From Eledone cirrhosa (Eukaryota), in NCBI GenBank assembly GCA_964016885.1, contig OZ024743.1:213466001-213530000 (forward strand): a stretch of DNA of 64,000 nucleotides. The letters are read 5' to 3'. The notes below the pieces were generated by a model. The model saw nothing but the letters and a program-made list of their open reading frames with translations, made no database searches and had not been told where the DNA came from. Position 1 is the stretch's first letter. Every line of letters starts with the position of its first letter. Of the stretch, positions 1 through 13,856 are shown piece after piece. The translations under genes were made by a program, and so were the position numbers.

Positions 1-1092
1 TTTCCATTTCCTCACAATATACTGGTGTTGTATAGTTTCTTAGAAGTTTTCATTATATTTCTGCTGTCTCAAGGAAAATATTTGGTAACCTTTGTATTTC
101 GGAACGTTTAATTCATTTCTATTGTAATAACAGACAAAGCAATTGTTATTCAGCATTTATCGTTATATATATATATATATGTTTGTATAGTGAGTGATTT
201 GATGACATATCTTGATGATGTTATGTACAGATATCGTACAAGTGTTTCTGAAAAGACATTTATTGAAATAGGTAATCCAAATAGACAATGAAACCTTTGA
301 ACATTTTCAGAAGATTTCGAATGCATTCTCAACATGTTTATCAACTATTAATTGCCCTAAGACGCTACAAAATTATTTTAGTTGGATCTGAATATAAAAT
401 TGTTTCCTTCCACTTCATCGTATTCTCTCCGAGGGAGAATTCATTCCTACCTCTATTCTTTCATTTAACTCTTATCCTTCTTTGCTATTTCTTTGTGTTT
501 GGACCTGGTGTATTTATGTGTGTATAAGAGAGAATGAGTGTAAAAGCGGTTTCTTGTACTGACAAACACCCCTACATATTTCCTTATTTTCGTGACCCCC
601 TTCACCATTACTTTTTGCATTATTGATAATCCTCCGTATTGCTCTCGTTGTCTCTTTCTCTTTCCTGCTTTCTCTTTCTCATTATCTCTCCCTCGCTCAC
701 TCCTACTATCCCCCTGTCTCTCTCACTTTCTCTGTCGCTATCACTACTCGATGAAAGTCTATTTTTAACAAACTCGAAACGTATATCTAAAGCGGAACTG
801 CTAATGATTACATTGCAATTGTTTTGCTAGCTACGGAATACATACTACACTATTAAATGGAATATAAATGGAAATACTCAGTTGCTCGGACGATCCACCA
901 TGTTTGTAAAATCATCATCCCTTCAGGCGAAAGATAGAGAAGAAAATGTGAAGCAGTACAAGATTTGTGAAAGGGGGAATCATTGCGACAGAAGAGAAGG
1001 CGAAATCCTTGTGGGTTGAACAAGGACGTGGGTAATAACTGCTAAGGTATTGATAAGATTTGAGAATAGATAATTAGGGTCAATTCGGAAAC

Positions 1093-1244
<152 letters not shown>

Positions 1245-1753
1245 TGATTGAACCATTCCATAGCCACGATTGCCATTGAAATATGTATCCCATCTGCGGT
1301 AATAAAGCATTTTTAAACATCCACACCCACCTCTGCACTTTCCTTAATCTATAAATACTTAGTCACTGACCAACAAATCATATTTGAAAGAAAAATACAT
1401 GACGTTGAGTGTTTATTTCAAATAGCATCATTTTTCACTGATTAGTGTATCGCATATGCAACCTCGATTATGCAGCATATTTACTGTAAGTTTATATATA
1501 TATATATATTTGTTTTGCGAGGTTTTTGATATGAAATCGTGTGTCGAAACAAATATTGTTATACTTGGGGAGGATCATATTGTTGTAATAATATTGCCAG
1601 AATTAATAACAGAATACACTCACTGTTTGGTTGGTTTTCGCTTCTGTATCTTTTATATCAGTTAATTTATTCGGTCCTCACTGTTTACCATTAACTGACA
1701 ACGGTCAAAAATACAGATATAATATAGACACAAACACATATATATATAGTCTA

Positions 1754-1794
1754 ACAAAGTTCTTTCGTTGCACATCTGAAACATCGTCAGTGGT
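1754..1794 (-). ncRNA. Degenerate minimal hammerhead ribozyme motif
   Basis: Minus strand reads cca-CTGACGA-tGTT(tcagatgtgc)AAC-GAAA-gaac-TT-tg, next to a TA run. Stem I is weak. Confidence 0.35.
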
Positions 1795-2169
1795 GCTATT
1801 ATGTTCCTCCTGTTGTATTGTATATCTACGCCATCTTTATTTAATGTTTATTTATTTATTTATTTATTTATTTATTTTGTCTTCTTCTCTGCGCATGCGT
1901 TTGCGCGTGTGTATAGTGTTTGGTGTGTGTTCGCGTTTGGGTGACTGTGTTTTGGTATTGTATTCTATCTTAGTTTACTAGTGTGTGTTTATATGTGTTT
2001 GTTGTTATTGTGCTTGTGTATATATATATTTATTTACTTATATTTCTCTTAAGTCAGTATTGTTTGTTTGGGTGTTGTTATTCCATTCATTTTTCTGTTT
2101 AGCTTCGGCCTTCTAAGTTCTATTTCACTTGCCTCTCTGATTTGCCTATCTGCTGGGTCATTTCTATGT

Positions 2170-3290
2170 TTAGATATATATACTTCCTGGTGCCTCCGCT
2201 ATTAGCATCGATGACAGCCTCAGTACGGAGTCTGAATCAGATAATATTCATCTACTTTGGACATTGTGCCTTCAGAAATGTTGTAGTGTTATTGGAGTGT
2301 GTATTAACTTCCCTCTCGACTACGCTCACATAACGGATTCAGGTCTGGATAGATAGGAGGCTATATGTTTGGAGTGGCGAGACCATGGAGATTGTAACTC
2401 AAATTTTTCTTTCGCTTTGGCTTTCACAGTCTTGTTGGTTAGTGTACGGTCTGTATTGCTTACGCTCTCTATTCAGTGACAAACAACCCTCTCCAACGCC
2501 TTCTTATTGTCAACAGCCTTGACCCTTAAGACCTAAGGAAAGACGTGTGGCGTGATAACAGCACACTCGCTGCTCACGCACAATTCTTCCGATAGTGCAG
2601 CTTGAAACCTTCAGTTCCTTAGAAATGACGCTAATTGATTTTCTGGGTTTTTTGTTAATAATATTGCACACCTTTCGTATAAATCTGGGTTTTCTGATGA
2701 TATTAGGATATATTAGGATATATTGAAGGTTTGGCCAGTGCTGTAGAATTCCCATCAATGGCTTACAGTTCTTTACTAACTAAGTCAAGAAAAAAGTGCA
2801 ACTCTCAGAAAGCGAGCAATCTCTAAATCACGATATATATATATATATGATAGATACTTAGATAGATTGATAGATATATAGGTACATATATTGATAGATA
2901 GTTAGATGCATACAAGATGGCTGCACTAACCCCCCCCCCCATATATACCAATAATTTACGGTTCTGCGATCGAATATGACTTTTTAGCCCAGCCAATGAT
3001 CTAAACTGTCTTGCACGGAGTTGGCAACCATGATAAAAACATTCACTGGCTATGGTTGGTCTTCATGTACTTTTTCATGGCGTTTGAGTCCTCATGATGA
3101 TCTACACTCTTTTCCACATGCTTGATAGGTATGATGAGTAGCATCTCCGACAGCAGCCTGGTAGTCAACCACTGGTCTCACTTTATGACTGCGAAGGTGA
3201 ATTTTGAATCCAGTTTTGCTGAGGCAGAGTCTTGCACAGACGCTGCATGTCAGCGCCATAGGAGGACCTTTGCTGTTTGTTGAACACAGA
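2170..3290 (-). mobile_element. Decayed Tc1/mariner-like transposase fragments
   Basis: HTH-like peptide KKPRKSISVISKELKVSSCTIGRIVRE (2510-2758 ORF) and a QDSA-like motif near 3230. Many stops. Confidence 0.45.
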
Positions 3291-4954
3291 CCTTGTTTAC
3301 GTAGAATTTAAAGTTAATGACATTCGTAAAAATATTGATCCCGAATATAAGTCGACCATCTATTTTTTGGTCATATATTCCTCGGTTTATATTCGAGTAT
3401 ATACAGTAATTAAATGGTGCAATGGTTTTTCTGGTGCTTTATTCAGTTTGGCACTCTCTCATACTAGAGTATTCAAATATTGAAATGCAATAGTAATGCA
3501 ATATTGTAATCTATTATACTATAATAACAACTGCAATAAAAATGTTAATGCATTAACAGAAGTTTATAAAATGATTCCTGGATTGCTGTAAGAAAGTCAT
3601 TATTGTTGTTTATAACAAATACATTCACTGATCAATTAAACACATGCAAACAAGAAAAAAGTCAGATCCAAGCAAATAGTCTTCTCATGTGTGCATCAGT
3701 GACTTATGAACTATCCTTCTGGTTTGTGTATGATATATACCACTAAAACACGTGAAATGATAACCGTTAATAACATAATAGCAAATGGATTGTATAAGTA
3801 GTTATTATGAATGCAAAGATCCATTACTATTTGATATAACAATAATGGCTAAAGGTTAAATCGGAAACAAAACAACGATAAGAAATCTGGTGAGAGACCG
3901 CATAGATTATAAGAAAGTCTATATTCGACCTCAAGCTTGAGAATCTAGATATTTACAATTTACATCTATAAAGTCAAAATAAAATGACCTCCATTTTTAT
4001 GTATCATCCCAACTGAAATAACAACACGGAATACGAGTTAAAAAAAAAGCATGATCTGATAGAACTAAAAGTGAAATATTTCTCTTAAAGAGGCACACTT
4101 AGAAAATAATAATACATTGGATATTGTGGATATGGAAGCGCTGTCCCAAAGACAGATTCATCCCGCCTTTAACATAAACATTCTTGATCACGCTTGACAA
4201 GGGAGTGCACAGCAATAATTAACAATACAGGATTGGAAAAATATATACCAACATATATTTGAAACGTTGTATATTCTAATATATTTTTTCGTTTCCATTG
4301 TTGGTCAGCATTCTGAAATTTTCTCAGGAGAAGCGTATAGAGGGAACTTTAAATACACCAAACTAAAATGCTTGCTGTAATATATAGGGGTCTTAACATT
4401 ATATTTTGGTAGAAAGATTATTTAGAATTTTGGCTGATTTAACAGCTATTCTGACGTTGAGCTTTCACATTATTTTTAAGAATTTCAAATACACTCATGC
4501 TTCGTCTCGATTTTTTTTATTATTTAGAATGTTATATATTTTTTCGAGCTTGCAAGACACATATTGTTCACATGCTGTAGTACAACATTTAACTGGCAAC
4601 TGTACCAGAGTCATGGACACAACACATACAATATCAAAGAACTCAACTAAATGACTGGAGAAAAATACTTACCACCCGAATAATTTGTCACTTATATAAA
4701 ATTATGGCGATAGAAATCTCAAAAGAATAGAAATCTTCTAATTTACACCATATCGTTGATCGTAGAAAGACCTAAGAAGTGAGATCTATGCATAAAATTA
4801 TGGAACATAAGTGAAAAAAATAAATAATAGTTACATATTTACAAACTACAGTTTCTACCTCATATACCTTTCGCATAAATCTGAACAATATTGATGCATT
4901 TCAAAATTCCTAATACTACATTTAGAATACATATTAAGAATAATTTAAATCGGA

Positions 4955-5260
4955 AGATCATGCTACTTCTCGGAATTGAGAGATCACAGATCCGATACTA
5001 TAAGTATGTGGTTAGAATGTCTCAGGAAAGAATAGCTGGCCAGAATTTACGGGCAAAACGACCCGACAGGAGACCCAGGGGTAGACCCGAGCAAGATGGT
5101 TGGATGACATCCATAATCTCGGCTGGTCTCGCTCGAGGATCCAGCCGAATTAGTTGGAGACGGTTGCTTCCGACAGGACCCACTAGAAGAACTCTGCCCC
5201 TACGACCCTCTCAGGAAGAAGAAGAAGAAGAAGAAGAAGAAGAAGAAGAAGAAGAAGAAC
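4955..5260 (+). mobile_element. RTE-clade LINE 3' fragment with (GAA)n tail
   Basis: LLLGIERSQIRYYKYVVRMSQERI...RRPRGRP matches the RTE C-terminus and is followed by a (GAA)n run at 5215-5259. Confidence 0.75.
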
Positions 5261-5765
5261 ACAAAAATAAGGCAGCTCATGTATTTAGTTTTCGATTGAG
5301 AGGAAAAATACAAATATTTGAATTCAAGACGACAAAACGACATAAAACATTTAGTCGGGTGTGCTACTTTTCTTAAAGTATCATGAACTGTATAAAAAAC
5401 TCTTTGAAAAGTATAAGAGAGCACATATGCTATGCAACGTCACTTGAGAGAAGTGAAATTTAGACTTGCACAAAGACAACCCAATTATGATACTGTGTAT
5501 GAGAAGGTTTATTTTTCTATTCAGCTTGAAAAACAATAATACACTTTTACACATATATCAATATAATGTGGTGATGTGGCAGATTTGTTGGAACGATGTT
5601 TGCGGTATTTTTCTAGCTCTCAGTGCTCTGAATTAGAACACCGCTGAAGTCTTTTGATGTCGATTAATAAAGTATCTTTTCAAAGCTGAGGTCGATTATT
5701 CGTCTATATCTCTTCCTCACTACTTTGTTTCTCCTTACATATATACATACAAAAACATAGTCTCA

Positions 5766-5902
<137 letters not shown>

Positions 5903-7229
5903 GTGTATGTGTGTTATTATGCCTGTGTGTGCGTAAGGTTTCACTTTATACTCATATATTCAATAGACACACATACAATTATATCCTTCTCCAAAACGCC
6001 CAAAGCATTTGCAAAACATCCGCAATTTGTAGGGAAGAGAAGTCATGATATACAGCTTTCTCCAGTTCATCAAAATACGAATAGATTTGGTCCTTGGACA
6101 ATATGAATGCAATGTAGAGGACTAATATAAGGAGGCACAGAAACCAGGTGATTATGTAAATCCAATGGAAGAGTATCTTCTAATCACAAACAGTTACATC
6201 GTATTCGATAGGTACTCATTCTGATTTCATCTATCCAACACTGTGGACAAATCGAGGTTATGATAGATGGCGCATGCATAAGTTACTACAGTAGGATAGA
6301 ACATAGAACCATGTGAAAGCAAAGTGGAATATCAAATGCACGACTATGCTTACGTTTGTAAAAGGAAAGCCTCCTGAAAAAGATATATGAGGAGAAGAGA
6401 TATTGGGAAAGATGACGAGAATGATAAACAGAATTTAGTTTTAAAAATTAATAAGTACAGTTATGTAAATACAAAATAAAGAACCTGCTTTAAAAACAAA
6501 AGACTTCATTATTGGAGAAAAAATTCCAATATCTATTATTTTTGCCAATATCCAATATTTCTATAGATAATTCTTTGTCACAAATAATATAGGATATAAG
6601 TTTATCTACGATGAGAAAGTGCAGTGGAATTTAGCAGAAACGATTTTAAGAAAATTATTCAGAACTATGCGGCCAAATACACACACACATATGCAGAGAG
6701 AGAGAGAGAGAGAGAGTCATATATATACACACATCCAGACACACACACATACATACTCACACAGCAAGACACACACACATACACACATGCACGCACACAT
6801 AGATAATCACACAGTCAGACACCCGACCATATCACACACATACACGCGGACACAAAGAATGCCAATTTTAGATGCAGAAATTTAGAAAATTAAATAAGAG
6901 AATTGATCAATGATGCTATAAGAAATAGAGTCGCTGCTGTTGTTGTTTTAATCGCAGCCCAATCCTGGTGGAGGAAAGGCACTAGTTTATTTTTTCAAAA
7001 CTTGTAATAACCTAGAACCAGGCTTATTGCCTGCATTCTATAAACTATTGTTAAGCAACACAGGAGAAGAAGTGGGGTTGATAAATCTCTTAAACATAGT
7101 GGCAAGATCCCCTATACCGCGCCCTCCCATCTCAATATAGTCTTAGAAATACGAACGATGGTATGGCCATAAATATCATAAATATGTTTGGTCAAACCGA
7201 CCTAGGGTTAAACAGCAACATCTATGTAT

Positions 7230-7433
7230 TTAAGCTAGTACTTGGTCCTCCGACCCGTTAGATATATCAGTCAAATATCCCACCAAACACACCCTATCAT
7301 CATAAACAAGAAAGTGATATTGGGCAATATAATCCTTGGTATAAAAAGACTGGATTGCGGTGACTGGGACGTATTTGATCAGGACTAAAGAGCAATATTT
7401 AGGTCTAGCACCTTGAGGTAATCCGTCATGCAT
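7230..7433 (-). mobile_element. Very decayed non-LTR reverse transcriptase fragment
   Basis: GLPQG...LVYDD spacing resembles the RT GVPQG...YADD motifs. Confidence 0.35.
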
Positions 7434-10400
7434 CGTTAAAAAGCTCTGTCGTGCATCGTAAATTTTAATGAAAGTGTTGATTAAATGAAGAACATTAGTG
7501 AAAGGGTAAAACTAGAAGAGAGCCAGTGATAATGTGTACAAGACAACCCCTATTTAAATGTTTTCTTTCTTTCATTTCAGAACCATCAGATCAACAAAAG
7601 ACCGCTGGTGACGTCCTTGGCAAGTGCTATGTGCTTGATAAGGAAATTTCTCAGGAAAATACGCAGGTGTCTTCCTGTTACCTTCATTCGGGTTCTTTTT
7701 ACAAGACTCTATATTGTTGGCTGGATACTTGTAATTTCGCTACACATACCTGGGCATTCTGAAAGTTAAGAGCTAAAACGAATGCCACAGAGCATTGTAT
7801 CAAACGCTTTAATAATCCCAACGATACACAGTCTTGAGCTCGTACCTTATTTTATCAATTCCGGAAGGACGCTAGTAGTAATAGAACTAAGAATGTAAAG
7901 TACCGGAACAAATACATCAAACCTATTTCACTCACAATGCAACGATTCTCCCAATTCACCATTTTCTCCGAAAATTCTCTCATCAATTTGAGGCTTCATC
8001 ACCAAGAAACTCTTCCATATAAGCACACAATAGATATATATTCATATAAACAACTTAATATAATGCGTTCGTGTATCTCAAGCCAGGAATTAGATTAACA
8101 TAGTCTGAAGAAGGATTATAAAATCCGAAAACTCTCACTATCAAGTGAACAATACTAACCCAGCGACAAGGCCCGTAGACTGTAGCCACGTGAGCGTTCA
8201 CGGCAAATAAACTACCAATTATACTGACACTAATTCTAATCCTAATTTTAACTCTAACCCTAATTTTATATCTCACATACACAACATTCTACATCTTTCT
8301 ACACCTCTACCCTCACCTAAATGAACAACAAAACACAAAACCTATACCGTTTTTAAACAGGTTTCATCTCGTTTATTGCATTTCATATCATTCTAGATTC
8401 TCCCTCTTCACTTCCTATTGCTTAGGTTTCTTATCTTGCCCTGAACAGCAGGCACTACGGAAAAACTACACGTTCTACTTTACAAATAAATGCATGTTTA
8501 CCAATACAGCGTTTCCACCTATTGTGTTTTGTTGAAGAGACACTTAGTTTTCTCGGGCGCATGAATAATGTTGCAGTGTTACTTCTCTTAGATTAGATCG
8601 TCGATGTATTTTCACAGTGCATATTGGAACAAAAGTGAAGCATTGAATAAGTAGTGAAAAGGGTATTTTATCACTTTCATGCGCTTCTTTCCCGCAAGAA
8701 ATATGACCATTTTTATCATACTAAATGTATATCCCTCTTTCCAGAATTTGTCTATCTTCCTGCTTGCAATATGCAATTTAGTCTCAAGTTTTATATTCCC
8801 GACATCATCACATGGCATATCTTTGGACTGTAGAGCGGGGATTCCCGAGTCAGCACGTACATCGTATGAAGAGGTCCACCTTTCCTATTTGTCTTCTCTA
8901 GAAGCTAGACCACATCCATTTCAGATGTAATAAGGACTTTTGTGTCAATTCCATCTTTATTCAATGATAGCACAGGCTGGCCACTGATGAGTGACAACAA
9001 TGATTAGGATTTTGCTTATGTGGATGTTTGCTGTTATTTTCCTTGTTGCCAACTTTGACAGAAGAACATTTGAGTGTTCTTCTCTCTATATTATCTATGT
9101 GTGCTCTATAATAAATCTTAAATTTCTTGCTATGCGACACATAGCGAGGGAGCATCTGATATGCGTTCCCTGGAGAGTTTGTTTTTGCAAGTTCGCCCGA
9201 CTGAAAAATGACGCCATCTAAAGTTAAATAGTGAGTCCTAACCTTGCATAATGTACGACTAGGCTTCCTTTAATATTTGGAAACAAGGTAAGGGAGATAT
9301 AGTAAAGCCTTCTACTTTTGGGTTGCTTAACTAGGAATCTAAAGTTTTAAGTCACCGCTTTTGTGGGAGATGTTTCTGAATATGAAATATTTTCCCCACC
9401 CCAACTACTTACAAATAATCCTTTTAAAGTAGACCCATGTTCTTCGTCATTTTACTTGAATAACCACTTTTCCTGAAAATATTTATATAATTTCCTCATT
9501 GTTATATTTCATTACGTTTCCTATTTACTGTTGCTTAGCGTTGATACCTTTGTTACTGAATTCTAGGATTGTGTAGACCTATAATCAAAGTTAACCCAAC
9601 CATGACATTGCAGTCCATTATTATTCAAGGAACTACATCGTATAATATTTCCTTTTAATTTTCAGTTTTAAGTTGGATTTGATGGAGATGTGTTTACTAT
9701 TTCTAGCTTAGCGTATCCCCCATTGAATCCTTGCCGTGATCGTGTTTCTGTTGACATTATTTTCCCATGTATGTTTTTTTATTTATCATATTTTAACATT
9801 TATCGGAATTATTAATACTAATGTTATTGTTGTTTTGTAACTGCGTTAAATATTATCAATACATAAAATGTTTTATTTTATTTTCATTCTACTCTGAATG
9901 GAGAAATTCGCTAGTACTATTTTGGGAAATATTTCCCTTCGTTATATTGAAAAGATATTATTTCGTGAAGGAAGAAAAGAAATAACAAATAACTAATTTC
10001 TTCTCCTGAATACGAATATATATCACAATTCAACTATCTTCCTTTTCCTTGATGTAAGAACAATGAAATATACGGAAGAATCTAGCATGCTTTAGAGAGA
10101 AAAAGATAGAGTAAACAAATCATATATGAACGACTGTAATACGTCTTAAAACGGTGACGACTAATAATAATAATAATAATGATGATGATGATGATGATAA
10201 TGATAATGATAATGATTTCTTTATTAACCACAAGGGTTTACATAAAGTAGACATTAAGGATAGTGCAGGAAATACAGGACGGTACAAATGGGCATTTCTG
10301 CGTGTAAAAAACAAAAACAGAGGATGTAACAAAAAAATAACAATGAAAAATTCCCCAATAGGGGGGAGACTTCGGAGGGACATTTGTGTAGAAAGCCCAG

Positions 10401-10463
10401 TAAAAGGCCACAGTGACCCAGACCACCAAGGCAAGTGCCCTCTCCCAATTTTCCACCTTTAAT

Positions 10464-13400
10464 TTACAGATACGTACTCAGAGTAGGCCCATTCTCTCGG
10501 GCCATTCTTGCTTCTCTCACCCAAAATGCTGGGAAGAGAGCACTTCCCTCTCTACTCTGATTTTCCTTTTCAAATGAAATTTGAAAAAGTCAATTAGGGC
10601 ATCACCGAAGAGGTAAGTGCTCGTCTTCAGCCCTTTCAAACGTGTCCACCATACTATCTCTTTCGCCATAGCCACCAGACAGATAAAAACTGCCTGCCCT
10701 TCCTGGCTAAAGGAAGAGGGCGGGGCAATCCTCGTGATGGACTCAGATGATAGCCGGATCCGTCCTACACGCGACAGCAGGTGTTCGACATAAACCCAAA
10801 AGTCAGCAATTTTCGGACACTGGACGAGTGCGTGCAGAACGGTTTCGTCGCCCTTCGCGCATCTCGGACATGCCCGGCTGACGGCACCTCCATGCCTGTA
10901 GAGTTTCTCCCGAACTGGCAAGGCTCCCCGGTAGCACTGTCAGGCCAGAGATTTCTGGAAGTTGTCCATAGGTCCCGGCCCGAAAGTTCTTCCGAAGAGA
11001 TTGGCTAGTTGATTTCCGTCGACGCCTAAAGTTTCCCCAAGTACGTCGTCGCTCTTCCCCTCCACTAATCCTCTATAGAACGCCGACGTGGAGTTTCCAC
11101 CGATCACATTGCCCGATTGGTCGAGGGCTGTGAGCGCCTGAAGACATTCCTATCTCCAGGCGCTCCCTCTCGGTCTTCGTTTGACCCAGGACTCCAGCTC
11201 CGTCAAGGAAACGAGCTGGGGAAACACGTGTCTCGCAAACGGCGACCACACCTGATCACCGTCGAGGAAGAGGTGGAGATGTCGTAGCCTGAGCGCGTGC
11301 CTGCGCATCATCAACCACGGCATGCCCAGCCCTCCACGTAGCGGGTGTTGACAACAGATGGACCCCCTGACCATCGGAGCACGTCCCTTCCACAAGAAGC
11401 GAAAGAGCAAACGCTCTAGCGCAGTCAGGCGAGGCTTAGGACAAGGTTCAACGGTCAGGCGGTAGCAGATGACAGACGCGATGTACGCGTTAGCCACCTC
11501 CGTTCGACCTTTCAGGTATAGCTTCCTCTCCGCCCATTTCTGGGTGAGAGAAGCCGCCCTGCTCGTCACCTCGTCCCAGTTTTTGTCCGTCTGGAGGTCC
11601 GGACCGAACCAGACCCCTAGCAATTTAACCGGTCCGTCCGTCAAGCGTCCGACGACGCTGTTGGACGGCATGGACCTGCCCCTCCAGGTGCCGAGCTGCA
11701 TGCCCACTGACCTTTCCTGGTTGATCATTGCTCCTGTCACCGCTTCGTATTCTCTTAGTGTAGTGCCGATCGCCTCGATGTGTTTGGCGTTCGACACCAC
11801 GACGGTGACATCGTCCGCATATGCTGACACGGATCTTCCGCATCCTAGTTCGCGCGGGACGCCCCTCAACGTCTCCAGTTTGTGCAGTAAAGGCTCGAGA
11901 GTCAATATGTACAAGAGGGACGAGAGGGGACAACCTTGGCGGACCGAGCGCATGATGTTAAACGGTTCCGAAAGGTGACCGTTGACTCTCACTACAGAGC
12001 AGATGTCGCTGTGTATGGCAGCGATCCAGCCTCTGAAGACGAGCCCAAAGCCAGCCGCCCTCAGCACTGCCTCTAGGTAACGATGGTCGACCACATCGAA
12101 AGCTTTCGACTGATCTAAATTGATCAAAGACCCACCCGTGCCAGGTACCCTAGCTACCCTCTCTACGATGTATGGCATGAGGTGGAGGTTGTCGTGGAGT
12201 GATCTGTCGGGAATGGCGCATGTCTGCGCCTCTCCCACCAGACTACTAACGATAAGCGCCAACCTCTATGCTAGCACCTTTGCCAAAATCTTGAACTCTG
12301 TGTTTAGCAGAGTTATGGGCCTGAAATTATGTATGTTATCCCCCTTGCTCGGATCTTTTCTCAGCAGTGCCACCGCTCCTCGGCTCACAGAGCTGGGAAT
12401 TCTCCCGTTCTGTTGCCAGTTGCAGAAGACGTCCGCCAAGAGGCATCCGAACAAGTCTGGAATCTGTACGTAAATTTCATAGGGCAGACCATCGAAACCA
12501 GGCGATTTACCCCTTGTGCAGCCAGTCATTGCCTCCCGTACTTCAGCGGCTGTTATCGGCTTTTCGCAAAACTCCGCCTCAGTGGCCGAGAGCCGCGTCA
12601 GTCCGTCGAGGTAGACACTAAAGTCCATCCCTCGACCCGGCCGCCGCTGCCCCCGAACAGCTGAGCGAAGTGTCGCTGAAAAGCTTCACACATTTGCCCG
12701 TGTAGCATGCGTCCGTCGTGGTCCACCAAAGACCGGATCGCGGCTTTGTTGCCACGACGCGCCTCTGCCACTCGGGCCCATTGAACGGCTTTCGTCCCCT
12801 CGTGTCTGAGAGCACGCACCATAGCTCTCACAACGCAGCCTTCGTGCTTTGTATTGAAGAATTGGTCAAGGGCCAATTTCGCCGCAAGCACGTCGGTCGC
12901 GATGCCTTTGCTAAGCACCTCGTCTAATTTTCTAACTAGTTCTCCCTCTGCTCTATTTTTCTCTATTGCTAAAGCCTTACTAAACCTAATGGATTCTATT
13001 CTAATCGCTCTTTTCAGAGCAAACCACTACTTGTTGACGATAGCCCCCGTCAATGCCCGCTTAACTAGTTCGCTAATCTGGTCTCTGTAGGCCTTGTGCG
13101 TCTATGAAGCCTATCTAAGTCAAGCACACAGATCACGAATTTGTGGTCCGTGTAGCTGACTACCTTGAATTGTGGACAGCCTATGCTAAACCTATCTATT
13201 TCCCTACAAAATACTCTATCTAGATATGATCTCGTTGACCCCATGCGATTTGTCCAAGTCCACATTGGCACATTCGGGAAATCCAATCGGTAACTGTCTG
13301 ACAGTTCAAAACGCCTGAGCAGGTTGGTGAGGCTCTTGCACCCTCCACCCCTATCCGCTAATCCCACACAGTCCCAGCGTGCATCTAAGATCCCATTCCA

Positions 13401-13823
13401 GTCGCGCACTAACACTAAAGAGCGGGACGTTCCAAGAAAGGTCTCCAGACGCCGGAAGAAATCAGGCAGCCCTGCTCCTGTTGCGGCATAGACGGCCACT
13501 AGCCTGAAAGCTTGCCCGTCTCCGCTGGTCACGTCCAGCACCACCAACTTACCCTCTGGGTCCAGGAAGATGGCCCGTATGGCGAGATCCAAACCTCTCT
13601 GAAAAATCACAGCAACTCCTCCCCCCGATCCAGGACGGCTGGGAGATGCTTACACATCGTAGCCGCCGAAGATCGGTGCGAAGGCCCGTGCTTCGGAGAT
13701 TCTGGTCTCGCTGATGGCCACTACATCTATGTTTTGTGACCTGAGGTCGTTGAGCAGATAACCCTGCTTCCATGACGACCCCAAGCCACGCGCATTTATG
13801 CTGCCTATTCTGAGTGAGGTCAT
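10464..13823 (-). pseudogene. ORF2 of copy 1: APE endonuclease + reverse transcriptase + C-terminal Zn motif
   Basis: Motifs SINARGL, AISET, SYLDRVF, YTDH, GKSPG.DGLP, NFRPITLLNTEFKILAKVLA, LDQSKAFD, VRQGCPLS, AYADD, CPRC...ETVLHALVQC. In-frame stops, frameshifts and a ~41-bp deletion near 13097. Confidence 0.93.
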
Positions 13824-13856
13824 GTTTAAAATAGTGGAAAAGATGGGAAAGACCAC

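Noticed and set aside
8400-9350. Coding-like composition on the minus strand
   Set aside because: No motif recognised and multiple stops. Possibly an old transposon but not supportable.
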